In this document: one piece after another, positions 50,693 to 63,432 of the stretch
Layout of the letters: each line of letters opens with the position of its first letter
Numbering within the stretch: position 1 is the first letter of the stretch
From: Octopus vulgaris
Lineage: Eukaryota
NCBI GenBank assembly: GCA_951406725.2
Contig: OX597821.1
Span: 34,286,001 to 34,350,000, forward strand
Reading direction: 5' to 3'
DNA length: 64,000 nucleotides
Program-made: the position numbers and the translations under genes
The notes under the pieces: model-generated
The model's database searches: none
What the model was told of the DNA's origin: nothing
Seen by the model: only the letters and a program-made list of their open reading frames with translations

Positions 50693-51269
50693 TTTATTCT
50701 CCTTTTTTTTTTTCCTTGCCACAAGTTAATATTTTCACGTTATAACTTCCTTTGGCAGGGAAATGCGATAATGTTAGTCTGCCGTTGATTAATTTCCATA
50801 TGAAACTGTAGAAACACTATATTAAGATTAAAAACTAACAGATATGAAAAAATTTCAAACTGGGAAGGAAAAAAAAAATGTAATAGAACATAAAAAAAAA
50901 ACAGAAAGCAAACAATAAAAAGTGTATAATAAATAAATAAAATACTATTAGCAACACAAACACAGCATTACCAATAATAAAAAAAAAACAACAATAATTC
51001 TAATCCTTTATTTATTTGCCATCAGAGCCCAATTATTCAATACAAGCATGTCATGAAAGGGATTACAATACATATGGGGATTACACACACACACACATAT
51101 ACACACATACACACATACATGCATACATACATACATACATACATACATACATACATACATACATGTGTACACACACATACACTTACATACACTAATGTGT
51201 ACACACACACAGATATATCTGTCTATCTATACTCACCCTACTCCTGCGCTCTCAGCTGAAAGGTCCTTG

Positions 51270-52067
51270 TTTTGTGGGCTTGTGGTGCTGGTGACATGTA
51301 AAAAAAAGCCTGTTTCGGTGTTATGTTGAAACATGCATTTGCGCTGTTGCCACAAGAAATTTAAAAAAGCACCCATGCCTTGGTGCCACGTGAAAAAGCA
51401 ACAGCCAGTACCATGTATACAGCACCCGTCCCAGTCCCACATAAAAAAATAAAACACCAGTACCCTGTGTAAATTGGTTGCGGTTAGGAAGGGCATCCAG
51501 CTGTAGAAGCCACGCCGCAGCAGACAATTGAAAACTGGCCGGCTCCTGTCAAACTTACCAACCCATGCCAGCATGCAAAACAGATATTAAATGATGACGA
51601 TGATAATGATATAGATAGATACAAACAAACATACATATACATATACATATACATATACTACATACAGATATATATATATATATATATATATATAACCGAT
51701 GCTGGTGTGTTTATGTCCCCGTTACTTAGTGGTTCGGCAAAAGAGACCAATAGAATAAGTACTGGGCTTACAAAAGAATAAGTCCCGGGGTCGAGTTGCT
51801 CGATTAAAGGCGGTGCTCCAGCATGGCCGCAGGATTTTTACAGCTGGATGCCCTCCCTAACACCAACCACTTTACAGTGTGGACTGGATGCTTTTTTACA
51901 TGGCACCAGCACTGACAGGGTCACCAAGTAACTTGCAAGACAAAAACCTTTTGAGAGGGGAGGGGGCATTGGAGGAGCTGATCTTGTGTCAGATAATGAA
52001 AGGTTAGAGTGTGACAGAGAGACAGAAACAGGTGTCTTGCTGTAGAGGAGGTACAAGGTTACCTGAC

Positions 52068-52106
<39 letters not shown>

Positions 52107-52170
52107 AATGAGGACAGAAACAGGTGTGCTGCCACAAAGAATATACATGGTTACCCTGGTAGGATGGCTG
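51270..52170. mobile_element. SINE cluster: family C (+, 51270-51610), family A 3' part (+, 51694-51832), family C (-, 51833-52170)
   Basis: Family motifs. Confidence 0.7.
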
Positions 52171-52499
52171 AGCAGATGCTATGCTTTGCCAAAGGGCAGT
52201 CCATAACTATGAGAGCACACTCATTGCTCTGTGAAGTATTTTCAAAATAGCCACATACCCATTAGATCAGATAAAGTTATTCTTTCAGATGACTAAATTT
52301 CTAGCTTCCCATCAGGATGGGTGCTTCCTTGCAACGGGTCTCCAGTCTTGCCTTCTTTCTAGGCTCCCTCATGATTTTTCATTTTTCATCCTTCTTTTTA
52401 TCTTGCCGATCCACTTCCTTCCTATTTGCCATGGGATGGTTGCCTTAGAGAAATTTCAGCTGTTAGCTCTTCTATGTTACAATAGCAATGACCAATGAT

Positions 52500-52606
52500 T
52501 ATATACAGCTACATCAACCAATTTCCAGAAGGCACCAGATGTATTATCCAAGAGCTTAAAAGCTCCATGGATAACAGAGAGGAATGGAAGACATATGTCA
52601 GGAATA
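52500..52606 (+). mobile_element. RTE-like LINE C-terminal fragment
   Basis: YSYINQFPEGTRCIIQELKSSMDNREEWKTYV resembles RTE ORF C-termini. Confidence 0.5.
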
Positions 52607-53780
52607 CTGAGAAATTTTCAATGCACAAACTCAATATTTATTTACAAATATTAAAACTATTTAAATGTAGAGATGGGTGCGTGCATAGCACTTAACACCA
52701 AAGTCTTTTAAATGCCTTGACATTTTTCTGATCTGCCTCAGAAACTCATTGCATACATGCAGATCATACGTAGCACACAATGTGTGGCAACAGGGTTTCA
52801 AAATGTCTGGTTTTAGGGCTTGGAAATGCTAGAGTTCAATTGAGCAAGGCATCTTTTTATCCAGATTTGAATGTAGATTCGTTATGAGAGGTTTATTTAT
52901 TCTTTTTCATTATTTGCATCTGTTTTTATACATCTAATATCCATTTGTATGAATGGTGCTGCAAATTGATAATTGATTGAATTGGTGGAAACATTTTATA
53001 GCTTGCTTCATCTCTTTGAAGAGTTAATGTTGGCCATTTGCATTTTGAATAGTTTCTGCTGCATGTGAACGGCATATGAATAAAAGTGCAGCATTAGCAA
53101 GCATGAGACTTGCAGCTCAATGCTAGCTGTGAAAGCAATGACTGGACATCAAATGCAGCAACCAATATGCACAGAAAAATATAGCAATGTTGGTATGGTC
53201 ATGTGATACAGATAGACAATGTCTACAATATCTACTGAGTAAAAAAAAAATAAGAGTGGTGTATGAATGATACTGATAAGATATAATTATGGCAGACAAA
53301 CCAAGGAGGAGTTTCTATGTCAGTGTTTGAGCTGCTGGAAATAACAGCAACATTTCCCTTAAATCACATGCACATTATCCTGAAAAAAAAAATGGTTCTA
53401 TGTGACAATGTAGAGCTGGATATGTTAAAGAGATGAGCTGGTAAAAGGGTGGATCTCTTTTTGATCATAAGTCTGCTCCTTCAGAGTTGAACTTGTGCTA
53501 AATGACAATAGCAAGAGTTTAGAGGAGAGGGAGAAAGAAGGAAAGAGAGAGAGAGACAAAAAGAGAGAAATAGAGACAGACAGACAGACACAGAGACGGA
53601 GAATGTTTTGAAGAAACAGAAGTAAAAAAAATGTGTTGTTAAGAAGTTCTCTTTGCATTTTTTTTTAACCAAATATCTATACAGTAGTGTGTTTATAGCT
53701 TTGTCTGCTTCAAGATTTATTGTTTTAAAATGGAATTATTTCACATTTTCTTGTGAAAACATATGTTACAAATACATCAG

Positions 53781-54220
53781 TTTCAAATTTTGGCACAAGG
53801 CCAGCAAGTTCAGCAGGGGCAGTAAGTCAGTTATGTTGACTCCATTATTCAGCTGGACGGCGAGCTGGCAGAAACGTTAGCATGCCGGGCGAAATGCGTA
53901 GCCGTATTTCGTCTGCCGTTTTGTTCTGAGTTCAAATTTCGCCGAGGTTTACTTTGCCTTTCATCCTTTCAGTGTCAATAAATTAAGTACCAGTTACGCA
54001 CTGGTGTCGATACAGTCGACTTAATCCGTTTGTCTGTCCTTGTTTGTCCCCTCTATGTTTAGCCCCTTGTGGGTAATACAGAAACAGATATTTATTCTAT
54101 CAACCTTGAAAGGATACAAGGCAAAGTCGACCTTGGCAGAATTTGAACTCAGAACGTAGAGACAGATGGAATACTGCTAAACATTTTGCCCAGCATGCTA
54201 ACAATTCTGCCAGCTCACCA
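53781..54220. mobile_element. Nested family B SINEs: young + copy (53856-54086) inside an older - copy
   Basis: The flanks 53781-53855 and 54087-54220 rejoin into one minus-strand element. Confidence 0.85.
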
Positions 54221-54234
54221 AATTAAAGTGAGAT

Positions 54235-54352
54235 GCATATAGCACCTAGGACGCCCAAGTGGTCACCCATTTAATTACTAACAAAGCTTGACATCGCTTA
54301 ACATCGGTAATCACACGACAACCAGTGCATTCAGTGTGATGTGGCTGTAAGC
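54235..54352 (-). pseudogene. 5S rRNA pseudogene (full length, ~118 nt, diverged)
   Basis: Minus strand GCTTACAGCCACATCACACTGAATGCACTGGTTGTCGTGTGATTACCGATGTTAAGC...GTTAGTAATTAAATGGGTGACC is colinear with metazoan 5S rRNA. Confidence 0.85.
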
Positions 54353-54377
54353 AGATATTATACACATAAATTGACAT

Positions 54378-54712
54378 TAAAGGAGTAAAGACCTCCTTCG
54401 GTCATGAATGACCATGGGATTGCATCTAGAAAGTTACCCTTCTAGACACAAGTCCGGGCAAGGTTGTTTATGGAAGGCCAGCAGTCGCCCATGCATACCA
54501 GCCTCCCATCTCCACGCCACCAGTGTTATCCAAGAGAAAGACAAAGGTCGATACAGCTTGGCACCAGTGACATCGCAACTCATTTCTACAGCTGAATGAA
54601 CTGGAGCAATGTGAAATAAAGTGCCTTGCTCGAGAACACAACACACAGCCCGGTCCGGGATTCGAGCTCACAACCTCACGATTGTAAGCTCGACGCTCTA
54701 ACCACTGAGCCA
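54378..54712 (-). mobile_element. SINE family E
   Basis: tRNA head GGCTCAGTGGTTAGAGCG...GAGCTCGAATCCCGG and CORE-like domain. Confidence 0.85.
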
Positions 54713-55049
54713 GACATTATACTTGGCAATTTAAGACTATATATTTAAATTGAAACAATCACACCTTGGAAGAGTCATGTTAGTCCAATTCATTTTTAGA
54801 TTATTTATGTGAATATTGTACCAGGCATAGGGGAGTGGGATGTAGGAATAAGATCGTTCTCATCCCAAAAATATATGTGGCTGTGTGGTAAGAAGCTTAT
54901 TTTCCAACCATATGGTTCCAGGTTCTCTCCAACTGCGTGGCACCATGGGCAAGTGTCTTCTACTTGAGCCACAGGCTGACCAAAGCCTAGTGAGTGGACC
55001 TGGTAGACGGAAACTGAAAGCAGCCCGTCATATATATATATATATATTT

Positions 55050-55230
55050 TTTATTTTACAGAAGGAGCTTCTACAGGACTAGAACTGTTTCATTCAAATG
55101 AAATCATGATTTCATTTGAATGAAACAGTTCTAGTCCTGTAGAAGCTCCTTTTATAAAATAAATTAATTTACTCTGCTATGTATTGAGTACCTTATTTAC
55201 TGTGGTTAACCCCGACTCCACCCGGGACCT
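55050..55230. mobile_element. (TA)n-flanked loopless palindrome (114 bp) plus unpaired end
   Basis: Centre AATCA|TGATT at 55106/55107, two non-Watson-Crick positions. Confidence 0.7.
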
Positions 55231-55606
55231 ATATATATATATATATATATATATACTACTAATATAGGATGAAGTTTTTTTTTTTCTCTACAAAAAAAAA
55301 TTCCACCAAAAAATGTGGCAGCATATTAAAATACCTTTACGGTTAAAATTATAAACAACTTATAAGTGAGGGCTAAAGAAAATTATTTCAATGCCAATAT
55401 GCTGATAACAGACTATTAAATCGTCAATTTCCACATATTATTTACTCGCTACAGAAAAAACGAAGAACTGTAATCGGGCAAGCCGGCCGTTGGAATTTTT
55501 AAAAAAAGTTTGTTATTTCTATATTGAATCAATTTCGGAATTAATCTCATAAAAGATTTTTTCCTCCTCAGTAGAACATACGAAAGGATATAAATAAGAT
55601 ACTATA

Positions 55607-55793
55607 TACTCTTTACACTTACTCTTTTACTTGTTTCAGTCATGTGACTGTGGCCATGCTGGAGCACCGTCTTTAGTCGAGGAAATCGACCCCAGGCCTT
55701 ATTCTTTGTAAGCCTAGTACTTATTCTATCAGTCTTTTTTGCCAAACCGCTAAGTTATGGGGACAAACACAGACACACAAACATATACACATG

Positions 55794-55830
<37 letters not shown>

Positions 55831-55986
55831 GACGGGCTTCTTTCAGTTTCTGCCTACCAAATCCACTCACAAGTCTTTGGTCAGCCCAAGGCTATTGTAG
55901 AAGATACATGCCCAAGGTGCCACGCAGTGGGACTGAACCTGGAACCATGTGGTTCGTAAGCAAGCTACTTACCATACAGCCATTAC
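55607..55986 (-). mobile_element. SINE family A
   Basis: Reverse complement of family A, with an internal deletion. Confidence 0.9.
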
Positions 55987-56004
55987 TATATATATATATC
56001 ATCA

Positions 56005-56295
56005 TCATGATAATTGTTTAATATCCGCTTTCCACTCTGGTAAGCCAGAAGGCTGCACCAGGCTCCAATCTGATCTGACAAGGTTTCTATAGGTGGATAC
56101 CTTTCCTAGTGCCAACCACACTGAGACTGTAGTGAGTGCTTTTTACGTGCCACTGTCACAGGGGCCAATCAGGTAGTACTAGCATCGACCATGCTCAAAA
56201 TGGTGCTTTTTATGGGCCACCAGCATGAGAGCCAGTTAGGTGGGACTGGCGTCAACCATGCTTGAATGGTGCTTTTTACATGCCACCAGCATGGG

Positions 56296-56326
<31 letters not shown>

Positions 56327-56578
56327 GAGTGTGTGTGTGTGTCTATGTTTGTTCTCTCACTATCGCCTGACAACCAATGTTCGTGTGTTTATGTCCCCAT
56401 AACTTATCGGTTTGGCAAAAAATACCAATAGAATAATATGTACACTTAAGCATAAACATGGCTGTAAAGTAAGAAGCTTGCTTCTCAATGACATGGTTTC
56501 AGATTCAGTCCCACTGTGTAGCACCTTAGGCAAGTCTCTTCTATTATCGTCTCAGGCTGGCCAGAACGTGTGTGTGTC

Positions 56579-56626
<48 letters not shown>

Positions 56627-56840
56627 TGGATTTGTCCCCCACCATCACTTGATAACCAGTGTTGGTGTGTTTATGCCCCCCACATCTTAGCAGTTCTGCA
56701 AAATAATTTGATAGAATACCAGGCTTAAAAGAAAATAGATGGTGGGGTTGATTAGGTCACTAAAATTCCTCCAGGTGGTGCACTAATATGGCTGCAATCT
56801 AATGACTAAAACAAGTAAAAAAAAATACAAGATAAAAGAT
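56005..56840. mobile_element. Cluster of diverged family C (-) and family A (+) SINE pieces
   Basis: Family motifs. Confidence 0.65.
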
Positions 56841-56944
56841 GTTGAAGATAAGCACTCGCAGGAGAAGAGGCGGCCCCAAAGAAACTTGATATCCTTGGTA
56901 AAATTTGTCTTGGTGTTTAATAGCTACAAGTTTCAAAATGTAAA

Positions 56945-57492
56945 GGCGCGTGGCTTAGTGATTAGGGTGTCAGCACCATGATCGTAAGATTGTGGTTTCG
57001 TTTCCTGGACCGGGCGACGCGTTGTGTCCTTGAGCAAAACATTTCATTTCACATTGCTCCAGTCCACTCAGCTGGCAAAAATGAGTAACGCTGCGATGGA
57101 CTGGTGTCCCGTCCAGCTGGGGAACACATACGCCATAGAAACTGGGCCCATAAGCCTGGCTAGGCTTTAAAAGGGCGCATTTATTTGAGTGGAGGCACAT
57201 GGCCTAGTGGTTAGAGCAGCGGACTCGCGGTCGAGGGATCACGGGTTCGAATCTCAGACCGGCCGATGTGTGTGTTTATGAGCGAAACACCTAAGCTCCA
57301 CACAGCTCTGGCAGAAGGTAATGGCAAAACTTCTGCTGACTCTTTCGCCACAACTTTCTCTCACTCTTTCCTCCTGCATCTTTCAGCTCATCTGCGATGG
57401 ACCGGCGTCCAGTCCAGGTGGGGAACCTATACGCCAAGTAACCGGGAAACCGGCCCTTATGAGCCAGGCATGGTCCAAGAAGGAACAAACAA
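56945..57492 (+). mobile_element. Two tandem tRNA-SINEs (family E 56945-57180; D/E-related 57191-57492)
   Basis: A box TGGCTTAGTG / TGGCCTAGTGG, B box GGTTCGAATCTC; shared GCGATGG..CCGTCCAG..GGGGAAC block. Confidence 0.8.
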
Positions 57493-57588
57493 CAAGTTTC
57501 AAAATATTTGATTGTACCTCTATCATCTGATTACATCTATGATCTGGTCACCTCTATGGCTTGGTCACATTTATCTATACAGTTTTTT

Positions 57589-57976
57589 GATCTTGTCAAA
57601 TTTCTTTCGACCACTTGAAGTTTTGTCAATTTTTATCAGGTTATTTTCAAAAAATATAGTTCTGATATAGTTCTGCATGGTAATGATGAAAGTTACATTC
57701 CTAGTTTTATTTATTTATTTATTCATCCTAGACATTAATAATAAAGAAGTTGCAAGCATTTAAAGTTAGGTAATTTTAGCCAATCAAAAACCTCCATTAC
57801 AAAAATTACATCACTGTAAATGCTTGTAACCTCTAAAATATCAATTTCTAGTCAAAGAAAAAAAAACACCAAAAACGAATGTAATTTTCATCACTAGCTT
57901 GAAAGCTACATCTCTTAAAAATAATCTTGCGAAAATTTGAAAAACTTAAAGTAGCTGGAAGAAATTTAACGCGATC
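57589..57976. mobile_element. Old degenerate fold-back/MITE, ~190 bp arms
   Basis: Nested complementary blocks, e.g. GATGAAAGTTACATTC/GAATGTAATTTTCATC and TTGCAAGCATTTA/TAAATGCTTGTAA. Confidence 0.7.
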
Positions 57977-58439
57977 CCATGTTTCTTCTGAGTAAACTAT
58001 TTATATAATTATATTTGTAATTTTGTACTGCACTCAATCTATTTTGTCAACCCTTGTGGTTGATAAAAAACACGATGCATTATTATTGCATAGATGTTAT
58101 GATGCTGCCTCTTTTAGTATTTTTTGTTTTATCTTGTCTCATGTGAATTCTGCTCAGGTAACGCAAAATTTTTCACTTCTCACCAGTCTTTATGCAGTTA
58201 TTTTTCATCGTGCTAATTAAAAAACAAGCTGGGTAGACCCTCCTTATATGTGTGTGTGTGAGTATGTGTTTATATGTGTATATATGTATGTACATGTATA
58301 TATTTATATGTATACATATGTGTGTGTATACACATACACACATACACATATATATATACATATATATATAGAGAGAGAGATACATACACATATATATATA
58401 TGTATATGTATATAAGTATATATATGTACATTCATATAT

Positions 58440-58479
<40 letters not shown>

Positions 58480-58677
58480 CACATACACACAAATGTATTT
58501 ATATTGCACTAATATACTAATATGTCACTTTCCTCAATATCTTTTTCTCTCTTTCATACACACACACACACATATTTATGTATGTATGTATGTATCTATA
58601 TCCATACATGCAAACACATATGTATAAATATATATACATGTGTGTGTATGCGTGTGTGTGTGTGTGTGCATGTGTGT

Positions 58678-59400
58678 GAAGGCTCAGAATTCCATTTTAA
58701 CCAAGAATAAAAATTTAAAATTAAACTGACTTCACTTGCACCTCTGAAAATTTCATCTATGTCATAACATTCCTGGCTGCAGTAGGGACTATATATGTTC
58801 AACAGAAATGCCCCTAAGATGTAGATCTACACTACACAGACAACAAATCTACTACCCTCAATATCGTCAAATACCACACAATGGTCACATATTCAGATGT
58901 GCTAAGATACTCCAACCATACTTCACAATATTCCTACTATACTGTAAAGGACCTCAACTCAACAACAACTAAATAAAGAGACCACATTTATTGAAAAATA
59001 CAAACCAGAACTTAACATGATTATATATAATGGACTTCACAAATGATAAAGAAACAACCAGAAAAAATATTTACCTCCATGTAGCTAAGCAATACTATAT
59101 CTACTAATTATCACTTTAGCTAAAAAAAACATTATATTCACTGATTATTCCCCTTGAGCTATACTCTCCTGTATAACGGCAACACTGTATCATAATTCCT
59201 TCTACACAAGATTAAATCAAAAATTTATTATGATTTCATAACATTGAGTCATGATTAGCAAAGTGAAACCGGATGACTCTGTAAATATAGTAACAGATTA
59301 AATAATCTTTATCTACACAAACAATATTTCAGTGCTTTCCCACCTTAAATCTTATTTTATATTTACCATCATGTGGAATTTCTCTCTGAATTTTTCACCT
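58678..59400 (+). mobile_element. Penelope-like element 3' end: GIY-YIG endonuclease pseudogene plus 3' terminal repeat
   Basis: Frameshifted FTCTSENFIYVIT/PGCSRDYICSTEMPLRCRSTLHRQQI.../KETTFIEKYKPELN; hammerhead-like fold downstream; ends in (TA)n. Confidence 0.85.
59246..59279 (+). ncRNA. Minimal hammerhead-like fold, A3-U8 variant, decayed
   Basis: GAGTC ATGATTA GC-aaa-GT GAAA CCGG A T GACTC; position 16.1 is A instead of U. Confidence 0.5.
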
Positions 59401-59521
59401 ACATATACATATGCATATATATACATATATATATACATGTGTATATATGTATGTATGAATATTATACATACATATATATATATGTGTGTATGTATGCATA
59501 TATAGCATATACATATATAAT

Positions 59522-59554
<33 letters not shown>

Positions 59555-59645
59555 CATACACACACACTCACACATACATACATATGCATATATATAATAT
59601 GTATGTATGTATGTATGTATATATATATATATATATATATATAAT

Positions 59646-59807
59646 ACTCTTTTACTTGTTTCAGTTATTGAGTGCAGCCATGCTGGAGCACCGCCTTTAG
59701 TCGAGAAAAAAACACCCCAGGACTTATTCTTTGTAAGCCTAGTAATTATTCTATCGGTCTCTTTTGCTGAACTTGGGGGGGACAAACACAGACACACAAA
59801 CATATAT

Positions 59808-59859
<52 letters not shown>

Positions 59860-60018
59860 ATATACGACGTGATTCTTTCAGCTTCCATCTACCAAATCCA
59901 CTCACAAGGCTTTGTTTGGCCCGAGGCTATAGTAGAGGACACTCGCCCAAGGTGCTACGCAGTGGGACTGAACCCAGAACCATGTGGCTGGTAAGCAAGC
60001 TACTTACCACACAGCCAC

Positions 60019-60019
<1 letters not shown>
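59646..60019 (-). mobile_element. SINE family A
   Basis: Reverse complement of family A. Confidence 0.9.
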
Positions 60020-60050
<31 letters not shown>

Positions 60051-60447
60051 TCTGCAAGAAATACATTGCATTTTTAATGTGATATATAGATCCTTGAAAC
60101 AAGCATCTATATATCGCATTAAATTTAAGTATACTTGTTTGGTAGAACATGCATGAAATGCAAACCAAAACAAAAAACAGAATATATACATATGTGTATA
60201 TATACATACATACATATTTTTGAGAGATTCACTAATGCATATCACAATTTAATGAAGTGAAGTGGATTGGTATTTCAAGAAATGATAATATAATGACTAA
60301 CATGAATTTTAAAAAAATATATTAAAAATATGTAATCATATCTGAAATAGATTATTCATCTAGACATATGCAGTATGCCACTTTACAATTGCCTTAGTGA
60401 TGAAATATTATTTTATAAAAAGTAATGCCAGACAGATATAGTTGTGT

Positions 60448-60579
60448 TACACACACATGCATGCACACACACACATACACACACACACACACAGACACAC
60501 ACACACGCACAGACGCACACACAAACACACAAGTACAGTCACATACGCATGTATATCTGAGCATGAATGAATGTATGCA

Positions 60580-60651
<72 letters not shown>

Positions 60652-60671
60652 TACATACATACATACATACA

Positions 60672-60709
<38 letters not shown>

Positions 60710-60851
60710 CCTATATATATATACATATACATACAGACAATTAAATATATATAAATATATACATATATATATATGGATATATATATGTGTATATATGTGT
60801 GTATATATATATGTGTATATATATATATATATATATACATATATGCATATA

Positions 60852-60919
<68 letters not shown>

Positions 60920-61084
60920 AATATATATATATATATATATATATAAATGTATATATATGTATATATATGTATATATATATATGTGTATGTGTGTGTATAT
61001 ATATATATACATATATACACACATGTGTATATATACTTATGTACATATATATATATATATATACATACATAAATACATACCTAC

Positions 61085-61118
<34 letters not shown>

Positions 61119-61122
61119 GCAC
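60448..61122. repeat. Long (CA)/(TA)-rich compound microsatellite
   Basis: Direct reading. Confidence 0.95.
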
Positions 61123-61674
61123 AGATGAATGCATATAAACATACATATGTGTGACAAAAGGTGTGTCTGTTGTCTTCCAGAACACATTAACTGAACACTT
61201 TATCATCTTGCAACACCTGTAATAATATATTAGTAAGTGCTGACAAAAGTGAAAATTAATATGACCTAGTCAGATATACAGACAGCAAATTGTCATCAAA
61301 TAGTATAAAATATAATTTAAAAATAGAAACCAAGTACATACAACATAATGAATGAGGAAGCGAAAACTTTAGCAACACATTTAAATATAGAAGGCCTATT
61401 AGACATCTCTGTTCTGTGTAGATTCTATATGAATTTGGCTAGCGAATCGACCTCACTTCTTTCCAATCAGATGTAAATTGTGAGCTTAGCATACATGCAG
61501 ATCCCATTTCAGCCAATCAGAACTCGTTCACGTGATAAGTTCTAGAATTTTATTTTAATGATGGCTTATAAACAGATGCTTTTAGCATAAAAATCCAGAG
61601 GGAATTGGAATTCTGTTCATCATGGTTCTCAGTGAATTCCTTTCATGTAGCTGTTTCCACAGATTCATGTCCAA

Positions 61675-61920
61675 ACCAGTGATTAAGTGTGCGGGCTACT
61701 AACCCCAAAATTCCGAGTTTGATTCCAGGCAGTGACCTGAATAATAATAATAATAATAACAACAACAACATCGGAAAAATACCTTAGGAATGAGAACCCA
61801 GGTTCGAAATTCTCCCAGGCCACCTGATGAAGGCAGGAGAGTACATCAGCCGAAACATTGTGTTAACAACAAACAAGATGAGGACAAATATTATTGTCCT
61901 CAAATGTAAATAATGTATAA
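61675..61920 (+). mobile_element. tRNA-headed SINE-like element with a hammerhead-containing 3' part
   Basis: AGTGATTAAG...GGGCTACTAACCC...GAGTTTGATTCC head, (AAT)/(AAC) linker, CTGATGA...GAAAC core, AAATGTAAATAATGTA end. Confidence 0.6.
61821..61862 (+). ncRNA. Minimal hammerhead fold, C3-G8
   Basis: CAC CTGATGA A GGCAG...CAGCC GAAA CA T T GTG; CA may be a decayed CG. Confidence 0.55.
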
Positions 61921-62187
61921 GTACCAGGTTTTGAAAATATCAATACTGGGGGTCGATCTGTACGGTTTAACTATTTAAGGCGGTGCCCCAGGATGGCCGC
62001 AGTTCAATAACTGGAACAAGTAAAAGATAAAAAATAAAAGATATGCCAGAGGAAATTTCAGATCACGTGATCATCAAACTTATAGATTCAATGCTTCGCA
62101 TGAGATACTCTTTCAAGAAATATTGCGCATTCGACCAAGAAATGGTCCCACATGATTTTGTTCTACTCAATCTGTAATGCATAGAAA

Positions 62188-62985
62188 GGCGGCGAGCTGG
62201 CAGAAACATTAGCACACGGGGCGAAATACTTAGCACTATTTCGTCTGCCGCTACATTCTGAGTCCAAATTCCGCCAAGGTTGACTTTGCCTTTCATCTTT
62301 TCAGGGTCGATTAAATAAGTACCAGTTACGCACTGGGGTCGAAGTAATCGACTTAATCCCTTTGTCTGTCCTTGTTTGTCCTCTCTGTGTTTAGCCCCTT
62401 GTGTGCAATAAAGAAATAGGTATTTCGTCTGCCGCTACGTTCTGAGTTCAAATTCCACCGAGGTCGACTTTGTCTTTCATCCTTTCGGGGTCGATTAAAT
62501 AAGTTACCAGTTACACACTGGGGTCGAAGTAATTGACTTAATCCCTTTGTCTGTCCTTGTTTGTCCTCTCTGTGTTTAGCCCCTTGTGGGTAGTAAAGAA
62601 ATAGGTATTTCGTCTGCCGTTACATTCTGAGTTCAAATTCCGGCGAGGTTGACTTTGCATTTCACCCTTTCGGGGTCGATAAATTAAGGACCAGTTACGC
62701 ACTAGGGTCGATGTAATCGACTTAATCCCTTTGTCCTTATTTGTCTCCTCTATGTTTAGCCTCTTGTGGGCAATAAAGAAATAAGAATCGTTTGTACGCC
62801 GGGCGAAATGCTTAACTGCATTTCATCCGTCTTCACGTTCCAAGTCCAAATTCCGCTGAGGTCGACTTCGCCTATCTTTCACCCTTTCAGGGTCTATAAA
62901 ATAAATACCAGTTGTGTACTGGTGCCAATGTAGTCGACTTACTCCCTTCCCCCCAAAAATGCTGGCCTTGTACAAAAAATTTGAG
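62188..62985 (+). mobile_element. Family B SINE concatemer (one full unit, two ~185 bp headless units, one further copy)
   Basis: Junction AAAGAAATA|GGTATTTCGTCTGCCG at 62419 and 62604. Confidence 0.9.
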
Positions 62986-63379
62986 ATCTTTAATGCGTAC
63001 ATTGTATTTTGTTGCAAAAAAGAAATAAAAGAAAATGAAAATGTCTTAAATTAAGTAACGTTCAATTTTTGTGATGTTATTGATAAGGACAATAATTACC
63101 TTAAACAGATTCAGAATTTTCATGTTTAAGTTGCATCATTCCAAAAGAGTAAAATATTTTCTTCGTATTCACATTTAGTTTGAATCATGATCAAATAAAC
63201 GAAAATAATTAAAACAGTTAATGTTTACTCATCAGATATTAGTCTTGTCAGTAAATTAATTGACGCCACTATGAGCGCGCGCGCGTGTGTGGGTGAGAGA
63301 GAGAGAGACAGAGAGAGAGTGGGTTTTTCTGCTTGCACATTTATACGTGCACATATAGCTATATCTATCTATCTATCTA

Positions 63380-63429
<50 letters not shown>

Positions 63430-63432
<3 letters not shown>

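Noticed and set aside
55255-55600. Possible Helitron-like 5' start (TACTACTAATATA)
   Set aside because: No TC start and no hairpin-CTAG 3' end found.
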